DNA from: Trichoplax adhaerens | Taxonomy: Eukaryota; Animalia; Placozoa | NCBI RefSeq assembly: GCF_000150275.1 | Contig: NW_002061114.1 | Coordinates: forward strand, 1 to 10,409 | Length of the DNA stretch: 10,409 nucleotides | Reading direction: 5' to 3' | In this document: positions 1 through 8,289 of the stretch, piece after piece | Layout of the letters: the number at the start of each line of letters is the position of its first letter | How positions within the stretch are numbered: position 1 is the first letter of the stretch | Translations under genes and position numbers: made by a program | Notes under the pieces: generated by a model | Database searches by the model: none | What the model was told of the DNA's origin: nothing | Seen by the model: only the letters and a program-made list of their open reading frames with translations

Positions 1-1632
1 TGAATAGCGGTCGACTAGTCCATCGTTACGCTGTAAATCTAACGTTAGTTTTTCACCATTTAGATTTATATCGACTGATGCAGTTGACGATACAATTGGC
101 CACTGATATTTTTCTCCTTTAATAGTTATTTCGGGCTTAAATAAATGATAACTACGAAGTCCATGAGGTAGTTGCTGTTTTTGTTCCTTGGTTAAGTTAG
201 CGTCGGTCAGAGTATTTAACAATATCAAGGACAAAGCAACAGTTAGCCAGCGAGAATAGCTCTTGCTCCGTGTTTTACTGCTTCCTAGCGTGACCATCGC
301 TAATCCTAGTACACTAAACATAGATACATTTTATCTTTTGGTCTGTCTATACATATGCAGTTAAATGAACAACTCATATCAAATAATTCAATTCTAAATA
401 GAAACTGATTCTGATGTCTGGGTTTATTGAAAATTAGGGAGGACGTTGTATTTCTAGTCTATTTCTCAACAGAAAACTCGGCTACTTGTATCATTGCTTA
501 AATTGTGTAGAAGTAAATTTCAAACAAGCACACGAGGATCTGCCGTCGAGTAAACTGATTGTGACTTTATCTACGCTTTAAAATCACAGGATATATTAAA
601 CCAGATAATTTTATCCTACCTACGGCGTATTGAATGTACTTGTACCTAATTTTCTCTTGCGACCGCAGTAATGGCACGTATAACGGATGTATACAATCGA
701 GGCAAGTAATCGTTTGACAACCTGATTGTAGCTTTTAATTATCCTAGAAGACTTAAAGATCAAACAGTAATGCAAAGTGTTGAAGGGCACTACCCGAATA
801 TAGTACGATAAGAACGATTAATACAGGAATTAATGCTTAAGGCAGTTATTACGGGCAGGCTGAGTCTGCGGTCATTCTTATTCGCTCAAGCGTCAAATAA
901 AAGATAGAAAGAGAACACAAAAGATAGAAGCAAATAACCCGAAAGGGTATTATTTACTTTTCAGAAAATCAGGTCATTGAACTATTCTATAGCAACGGAA
1001 CTACGCCGGAACAAAGCATTGGATGAAAAAGCAATAAAGCTGCTGGTTTACACTGTATATATACATTATTAGTTTAATGTATTATTGCAATTGAATAAAT
1101 TTTGAAGCAATGTTGTTATGATAAATTTTTACAAGCACAAGACCTAGATGATACGGATAAGTTGTCGATAGGACTGTTAATATCGCTGATTCATGGATTT
1201 CGAGGTGAAGCGATTAGATTACTTCCATAAAAAAATACTGCCCTTTAGATGCCATTATGATGCATGGGATGTTTAACTACACGCAGACTAACTAAAATAG
1301 GATTCTGTTTAACTAGACACGTAAATAGATCTTACGAAAGTGTTTACTTTCCGAGTCAGCTTTATAGCAGAATACTGTTAGTATTATTAGTCCTTGATAC
1401 AGTATTTTGATCACTTTGATAGAATAATATGACATACTGCACTCTTATGAAAGTTAGTCGTTTCATGGTAAGCAACCCCATATGGAATATAATTGATTTT
1501 TATGATAAACCATACGTATTGACTGTATATATTATATTATGTATGGGGAGCAATATTTTCGTTGTCAATAGCTTCTTAATACCGGAGTGAAAAAACATTA
1601 TGCTGTCAAAATCTTTTTATGGAGGAGTGCAT

Positions 1633-1723
1633 AATTTGTGAGATTTTTCTGATAAATCTTTCATTTTGAAATTGTCTAAATTTGGGAGATTTTTCCGATA
1701 AATGGCTAATTTTGAAATTATCT
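1633..1723. repeat. Imperfect tandem duplication, 2 copies of about 46 bp
   Basis: aatttgtgagatttttctgataaatctttcattttgaaattgtct (1633) versus aatttgggagatttttccgataaatggctaattttgaaattatct (1679). Confidence 0.8.
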
Positions 1724-3011
1724 TAGCTAGAATCCGAATCTCGTTCAATTCGCTTGCGATATTAGAGAAGTTGTTCAAAAAAAATACACCTCTAAGCGTT
1801 CATTTATGTCAGTACAAATGCAACTTCGTCAAAGCTAACTGCAATTGTTTGATCGTTGTACCTCATGGTGATATCTGTGTTAATATCCGAATGAATGCTA
1901 TCATACTATAAAATATAAACACGTTTTGGTTCAGAATTTGACGTGAGTTGAATAACAGCTTGTGCGTTTAATTGCTTGTGAGAATGGTAGGCTTTAGTTT
2001 CAGGCATTGCACGTTCATTTAATTCAACGTGTAAGCGTAATTAATCCAATTCGAATATATGACAATTACGGTAATGACATTAAAAGTGTATTAAAACAGC
2101 CAGCTGAATAAAAACATGTAGACGAGGAGATGACTATATTTTGAAGGATTAGTTATTACTTGGTGACCTATGTAAACTAATTGATCGTTATCATTTACCA
2201 GCAATATGATTAGCCAATGAATAAGGATGGCTTGTAATATCAATCCTGTTCTCTTTTGCTGGATAAAATGCGAGGCTAGTCCTGTGCAGTAGATAATAAA
2301 GTCGTGTAAATTATATTATGAATATAATTATTACTTGCGAATGATTACTATGGACTCCAGGACTATGAAGAAGGCCTGAACTGATGAAGGATCACTCCCT
2401 GAGACGGACGGACGCTTCTTACCAAATAGAGCGTCAATATCGAAAAAATGATTACTTTATAGGGATCTTCTGCGTCTCTTTTCGAAATCGCTGGTACTAA
2501 TGTAAAATAGTATCGACAATCTGAACCTATTTCTAAGTGGATCATAAGAAGATTTAGCGTAATATTAGTAAATTTAGAAAAATCAGTCCATTTCAAATCG
2601 ATCGTCTCCATACTAAACTACAGTACTGTCAGTCATCACGAAGCGATTGGCACTATGTTTCTAACGAAATGAGGACGAAAATGTCTGTCCGTCCAAAAGA
2701 AGTGATTAGTTTAGCTGTTCCATTAGTCCATAATATATCATATTAATATGTACAGTATATTAATGAACTAAATGAACTAACAATTCTTGCAATAATAACA
2801 AGACAACAAATCTACTTGAGACATCACTACGGAAATTTTCAGGCCTAGTTGGATTGTATTGAAGTTTTATAACGTTGGATTATACTCTCTTGCCTTGACG
2901 AATTATACCTTTTGCAAATACTCCTCTACATACGCTAAGAAATCTTGGATTGACGTGTTACAACGCTATTGGGGTACTTCCAGTATCGACACAAGTGGAA
3001 AAATACAACAA

Positions 3012-3030
3012 ACTAATCTCTATTTTGCAG
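3012..3030 (+). other. Branch point and 3' splice acceptor of a probable 5'UTR intron of the membrane protein gene
   Basis: ACTAAT-ctctattttgcAG ending 76 nt before the ATG; an in-frame stop lies between acceptor and ATG, so this stretch would be UTR. Confidence 0.5.
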
Positions 3031-3106
3031 TACACTGATTGATTAGCTTATTCAGAATTTCAAACTTGGAGATCAGCGGATAACCGGTTAAGAAACATAT
3101 CGTATC

Positions 3107-4462
3107 ATGGAAAATATTATTGCTGCTATATCAACCATCGGTGGCACTATCGATAATGCCTCTATTTTACCCAAATATAAAATACTCCTATTTGGCTTCA
3201 CACTCAGTCTAACTCTATTCGATGTGGTGACAGATACGATTTTCCTAGTGGATGTGACACAAGATTTTCAACAATTTTCCAGATTATTACAAAATTATCG
3301 TAATCGATTCAATTTTACATCGAAAAAATTTGTCGGAACCAAAACATTTTGTAGCGCAAACTACAAAGCATTTAATTTATTTTACAAAATGAGAATTGGT
3401 CTATCCATTTATTACATGTTTTATGCTTTGTCTCTTGTGATGGCGATGGTTAGTATACTCTATCTCTATACTAGTATCTTTCGACGTCCCAAAGCAAAGT
3501 TTAGCCGTAAATTGTTAGGAATTGGTCAACTGTTGGAATTTTTACCCATCATCATCGAAGATATGCCCGAAGCCTTTCTAACAGTCTATTTTTTGAACGT
3601 CTTTGATAATCCAGCTGGTATGGATTGCCTGTACTGCGCTATAAATAGTAAATGTAAGGATCGTGCTCCTGTTGGTTTACGAACGCATACAGCTACACTG
3701 ATTCGATTTATTGGCATCGCTGTACATGCATTTTTATTCTTTGCCCTAAAAGCGAGAGAATTATACAACCAAAGCTTAGAGGAACATGCCGAAGACAAAC
3801 AGAAGACACTCTATCAAAATGCCAAATCTTATTATTGTTTTTGCCCTTGTTATGTGCTTTACTATGGTTGTTGTATTCAACCGTCAGGAAATTCTGGCTG
3901 TGGAAAATGTCGATACTACTTCCTGTTAATTATAAACATGTTACTGGCTGGAGTGCTTTCAGTGTGGATGGTATTTCTACCTGTATTTATTGGATACATG
4001 TTCTATCCTGTCTACATACCATTCATTATTAATATAGCCAACTTTAATAGGGCAAGGTTAACTTCCTTTCTGCTAATTGCTTCGATTACTTCAGGAATCT
4101 GCTGGGGTATTTTAGCAGTCATTGCTTGCATTTACCTATGGAGGCACATGTATAATCTACCCAAAGCCATTGGTACTTTTTTCTTGTCTATAATTTGTTT
4201 ACCAGCATTTGTACCTTTTGCAAGCTATATCGTGTTACGAGATATCCATTATAATAGTCGTCATTGTGGTAAAGAGCAAGCAGCCGTAGCTACTGATGAC
4301 GAGACTGTTGATAAATCGAAAGTAGAACTACAATTAGTTAATGATCAGCTTGAATCCGAACAACCTATAGAATATACCTATAACAATCTAAAAACAGCGG
4401 ATCATGCCGATTCAATGACATACAGTAATTCTTCTTACGCTTTACTTTCTAAGGAGCAATGA
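3107..4462 (+). CDS. 451-aa multi-pass membrane protein, XK-related (Xkr/CED-8-like) family candidate; coding region without introns
   Basis: Only long ORF in an AT-rich background, with about 7-8 hydrophobic segments. FDVVTD (aa 38-43) after the first hydrophobic helix and EFLPIIIEDMPEAFLTVYF (EDMP at aa 151-154) resemble the D-x-x-T-D and E-x-x-P-Q motifs of XK-related proteins. Acidic hydrophilic C-terminal tail. The family call comes from motif recognition, not a search. Confidence 0.85.
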   Translation: MENIIAAISTIGGTIDNASILPKYKILLFGFTLSLTLFDVVTDTIFLVDVTQDFQQFSRLLQNYRNRFNFTSKKFVGTKTFCSANYKAFNLFYKMRIGLSIYYMFYALSLVMAMVSILYLYTSIFRRPKAKFSRKLLGIGQLLEFLPIIIEDMPEAFLTVYFLNVFDNPAGMDCLYCAINSKCKDRAPVGLRTHTATLIRFIGIAVHAFLFFALKARELYNQSLEEHAEDKQKTLYQNAKSYYCFCPCYVLYYGCCIQPSGNSGCGKCRYYFLLIINMLLAGVLSVWMVFLPVFIGYMFYPVYIPFIINIANFNRARLTSFLLIASITSGICWGILAVIACIYLWRHMYNLPKAIGTFFLSIICLPAFVPFASYIVLRDIHYNSRHCGKEQAAVATDDETVDKSKVELQLVNDQLESEQPIEYTYNNLKTADHADSMTYSNSSYALLSKEQ

Positions 4463-4690
4463 TTTGGTTGTTGTTGAGTCGAAATACTGTGACAAATGAC
4501 ATCAAGATCAGTCAATCAATATGCAGCATTTACTACCCCAGTACAAGCGGCATTACTGTTGTGGAAAAAATCACAATTTGCATTCATTACCTGCCTTCCA
4601 TAACTTAGGATATATGTACGGTATACCGTAATCATTCTTTCGTTCGAGCATTACAGGTGTAGGTGATAGCTTTAGCTGACAATGTTACAA

Positions 4691-4917
4691 TTTATTACAT
4701 TTTAAAACATGTCATCATCATATGACTTCAATTTATATCTTACTAGGGATTTATTACGGATTGAATTTTATTACATTTTAAAACATGTCATCATCATATG
4801 ACTTCAATTTATTTCTTACTAGAGATTTGTTATGGATTGAATTTTATTACATTTTAAAATGTGTCATCATGATATGACTTCAATTTATATCTTACTAGGG
4901 ATTTGATACGGACTGAA
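4691..4917. repeat. Tandem repeat, 3 copies of a 76-bp unit
   Basis: Units begin tttattacattttaaaa at 4691, 4767 and 4843 and continue ...gtcatcat(c/g)atatgacttcaattta...cttactag...gga(t/c)tgaa with only a few substitutions. Confidence 0.95.
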
Positions 4918-6392
4918 GGTCCCTAACCATATTTCAGATTTTAGATATTTTAGATTTTATATTGACTTGGCCTATTGAGGGTTGTGACAGTCCCTCTCTA
5001 TTTTAAGACTTTTTTTAGTATAAAATTTATCATTGAGAAGTCCCTGGCTGTAACAAGTAGAGATTTTATAGCATCGTCAAACAGACATTTATAATAGCTA
5101 AAGATGGATCTAATTACAGAAATTTTTAGTAATGTTACAAATTAACTACACCTGCATTACAACTTGCAGGACTCAACATTTACTACAGTGTAATGAAAAC
5201 AAGAAGGTTCAATTCTTGTCTATTTCATCGTAATTAAATTAAGTTCCGAATATGCAGTATATTACTTAGAAATCAGATCTATAAATGGAAGCAGTATAAA
5301 TGATAGTTAAAGATTACTATCAATTGGATATATCTGAAGAGTCAATACCAGTACAGCTCTTTTTATTGTCAATTTTAGTGCTACTATATAGAATATATTA
5401 AGTAATTACGTCTAATCTATTCTCGATATCTTTTCGAGCATTCTCAATTAACTACTTTTGGACAAGAATATTTATTTATCACGTTCTTGATCGAATAAAC
5501 GCATATAGTATAGTCCACCAGTCAGTGGATTATACGTATTTTACAAAAAAGTATAATAAAGATTTGATGTGCCATTTTGTCATGCTAAGCTTTAAATTGC
5601 TCATAGTCCTATTTACGCTTAAATACAGTCAATACGCCTTTACACATTATTACATGCAGTTCATAAACGACTAACAGCTTGCCAACGAATAGCTGAGTTA
5701 TGAACACCGTAGAATATATAATTAATTAATTTTATAAGAGTTCAACACGCTTTGCATTACAGTAGTACTACTATAGAACAGTACAAGTCAGTATTATAGC
5801 GTTTTAATCCGAGATCGATTCGGTCATAGCCCCAATTGCATCATAAACTAGAAACGCAATTAAAACTTTGCTCTATAAAGTTTACTCTACGTATATTGGG
5901 TTGTTATTGGCATTGTACGTTGCACTGCCTTAATCAAGCAGTACAGAACTGCAACACCTTATCATTGATCCCGCTTAAATATGAGTACAATGCCTAATAG
6001 CTGTTTAAAACTTTCAACAAGGACTGCTTTTGAAATGATAAAGAGCACTACAGTAGTCAGTGGGAATCTGCGAAAATGTGTAGAATAATGTTTGGACATC
6101 AACAGTAAGCTACGCTGTCAATTAGATAAGTGTACTGAAAATGAAAAGCTATCATGATATAATAGTGTATAAAGCCGTACAAGTGTACATGGTACTGTCA
6201 GCATTAGCATATTGTGGAGCAGTTTAGTCAATCATTAGCATTAGTTCTAACAGATATCGATACCCGACATCAATAAATAGGAAGAAGAACGTGAACTACA
6301 GTATTACATCATGGGTATACACTTGTAAATCGTGCAATCCTGCATAGCCAGAGAATTTGTAACTCAGCATATTATGTACGGATAAAGGATGT

Positions 6393-6398
6393 TTTATT
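6393..6398 (-). terminator. Probable polyadenylation signal of RPS29
   Basis: First AATAAA on the minus strand, about 165 nt after the stop codon. Confidence 0.5.
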
Positions 6399-6560
6399 TT
6401 ATCGCATTAATATCAGTAACACAAGCCACCAATTACAATAACGGCTGTCGTAAATTGAATGTCTTCGTCAACTCATATTATTCTAGGGCTTTTACAGCAA
6501 AACAAGTCTGTACAGGTACTACAACCATCTCCAGAAAATGCTTCCCAAGAGCTCGATCTT

Positions 6561-6569
6561 CTAGTCCAG
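6561..6569 (-). CDS. RPS29: RPS29 coding exon 3 (Leu-Asp-stop)
   Basis: Acceptor ctattcattctag|CTG GAC TAG after an 86-nt intron (6570-6655); gives the typical S29 C-terminus KLD. Confidence 0.9.
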   Translation of the reverse strand: MD

Positions 6570-7719
6570 CTAGAATGAATAGACAGTATTACATTGTAAG
6601 TAATAAGAACTAGTTTAAAACGCCTTCCTCATGAGATTCACGATCACATCCTTACCTTCTTGAATCCAATTTCTAATGCGTGTTCACGGAACCATTGCCT
6701 TTGAACATTCAATCCGTATTTTCTTATTATACCGTGATGATTGCCGGTTACACGACTGCAAGGAAAGAGAATTTATAATACATGAGTTCAATAGCGAATT
6801 TGCAGAAATGGAGGGCGAAATAAATGACTTTAGAATTCGTGATTAGCGAGAATTAGTAGTCATTTTCGCAATAGTTAGCGGGTCATGAAGAATATCACTG
6901 ATTGGCAGGGTAGAGACATTGTATGCTTTAAGATGAGTACTCTCACAGTTATCACAAGATTTTATGTCAACAACTGATACATGTGCAAATGCCATCGATG
7001 AAAGAACAGAAAGTACATGATTGTTGAGCATTCCTTCGAGAGTTTGAGTTAGTACTATAGCTACTGCTGTCATAACGTGAAGTCACTCAAGTCTATAATA
7101 AACGGCAGTTTATATCTATAAGTATGATGAAGTCACTTCACTTGAAAGAGGGAAATAGCAGCCGTAATCAAAAATTCACTCTCTTGCCAGTCATTTAAAT
7201 ACTACAGCATCCGCATATACAGTATAGTATTCAATTTTGGCAGGCAGGGCTGTCGAATGGTAGATGATTCTTTTCTATTTATAGTACATACCACGGTCTA
7301 TCAAGACGCCAGTACACAAGGTTAGGCTAACGCAAACTGTGTTGACTCCGTACTTAGATTGTACGAAGACAAAACATCCATTTTAAAGTTCGTTCCGTTC
7401 TAAAAGTAGTATAGCACTGCACTCTTTGAAAGTCAACTTATTGAATCGTGGTGGCTATGATTGTGATATTAAAAGACTTTGCATGTGGTGCATCATCGTC
7501 ATGATTCTCCTCTAGTCATGACGCCATGAATACTGTCCAAACAGTAGAACTCTGTTCATGATTGATTGATTTAATGACTAGCCTGACATGCCTGTAGTTC
7601 TGATTTTCGATAGAAAGACGTAATCTCTATACATTAAGCAATCATTTCAAGACTTACCAGCCTCTCGAACCAGGGCCAAATTTCCTAGGATGGCTATACC
7701 AAACTTTTGTGTGACTCAT
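6561..7719 (-). CDS. RPS29: 40S ribosomal protein S29 (uS14), 3 coding exons join(7719..7658,6755..6656,6569..6561), 56 aa
   Basis: Spliced translation [56 protein letters not shown] aligns without gaps to eukaryotic S29 (SHPRKFG.GSR.CRV..N.HG.IRKYGLN..RQ.FR..A..IGF.KLD). Exons 62+100+9 = 171 nt with canonical GT-AG introns and gccATG context. Confidence 0.97.
6656..6755 (-). CDS. RPS29: RPS29 coding exon 2 ([33 protein letters not shown])
   Basis: Acceptor tctctttccttgcag at 6756, donor AAG|GTAAGG at 6655; 100 nt; contains the IRKYGLN and IGF hallmarks. Confidence 0.96.
7407..7581 (-). ncRNA. Candidate intronic H/ACA-like structured RNA in RPS29 intron 1
   Basis: Two internal-loop hairpins separated by AGAGGA (ANANNA, 7513-7508) and followed by AUA plus 3 nt; same strand as the host gene. 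Folded by eye only. Confidence 0.25.
7658..7719 (-). CDS. RPS29: RPS29 coding exon 1 ([20 protein letters not shown] plus TG of Cys21)
   Basis: ATG at 7719-7717 preceded by gcc; donor TG|GTAAGT at 7657; phase-2 intron of 902 nt. Confidence 0.96.
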
Positions 7720-7755
7720 GGCTTAATTCGTCTTCTTGCCAATTTGTAGTCCAAC

Positions 7756-7763
7756 GAAAAGAA
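7756..7763 (-). promoter_or_regulatory. TCT initiator / 5'TOP polypyrimidine start of RPS29
   Basis: Minus strand TTCTTTTC matches YYC(+1)TTTYY, with the C at 7761 about 42 nt upstream of the ATG; typical of animal ribosomal protein genes. Confidence 0.6.
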
Positions 7764-7897
7764 CGAAACGCACGTTGGCCGCTAGTCTTGTCTTGTTCAT
7801 GGTAGCACTGCAGCATTCTGGGATATCACTTGGGTTGGTTGTCATGACGCATGCGTTTCGTCTACACAGTTCTCATCTCCAAGAAAACCTTTCAAGT

Positions 7898-8289
7898 CTG
7901 TACAGTACACTGGTAGGTACAGTATAGTACATTGTCCTGTATGATCAATGGCGGGCGTGAGTCAGGTGACTGAGAGATCCATGGATCACGTGCTGCACGT
8001 ACAGTGTACAGTACAGTACTGTACACTGTATGGATTTTATACTGTATCATAAGATTCTAGCTGTACAGTACAGTAATAGTAACGGATCGTTTTGTAACTT
8101 AGCAGTGTCGTACTGTACAGTACTGTACACTGTACAGTGTACAGTACACTTGTAAATGTACGGTACAGTACTGTACTGTACTGTACAGTACTGTACAGTG
8201 TAGTCAAAACTACAGTACTTTGTTTGTCTAGGAATTGAGTACTGTAAACTTAAATATCTGTACTGTACTGTACTGTACTGTACAGTACA
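7898..8289. repeat. Low-complexity TACAG/CTGTA pentamer array in mixed orientation
   Basis: Dense clusters of tacag, ctgta, tgtaca and cagtactg at about 7898-7930, 7998-8075 and 8109-8289, including (tactg)n runs. Confidence 0.9.

Noticed and set aside
1702-2611. Short ORFs 1702-1911 (+) and 2363-2611 (-)
   Set aside because: No recognisable motifs and lengths expected by chance; the first begins inside a tandem duplication.
3586-4032. Two short ORFs overlapping the 451-aa CDS (3586-3798 minus, 3835-4032 plus)
   Set aside because: Shadow frames of the real gene.
4691-4917. CRISPR array or tandem C/D snoRNA cluster
   Set aside because: Units are contiguous with no unique spacers and the context is eukaryotic; the minus-strand ATGATGA lacks a matching CTGA D box.
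6519-6563. Alternative acceptor at the RPS29 stop TAG giving a KIELLGSIFWRWL* extension
   Set aside because: The upstream AG yields the canonical KLD end; no evidence that the downstream AG is used.
6389-6613. 74-aa + strand ORF (likewise 7736-7927)
   Set aside because: Antisense to the RPS29 3' end (or promoter), with no recognisable product.
6843-7073. 76-aa minus-strand ORF in RPS29 intron 1 containing CDNC, considered as an alternative Cys-bearing exon
   Set aside because: No similarity to S29 exon 2 and no convincing flanking splice sites; I found no second IRKYGLN-type exon in the window.
7124-7130. C-box-like ATGATGA in RPS29 intron 1
   Set aside because: Antisense to the host transcript and no D box at a suitable distance.
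7418-7424. Metal response element core TGCACTC in RPS29 intron 1
   Set aside because: Single 7-mer; similar cores occur at 1438 and 9309, consistent with chance.
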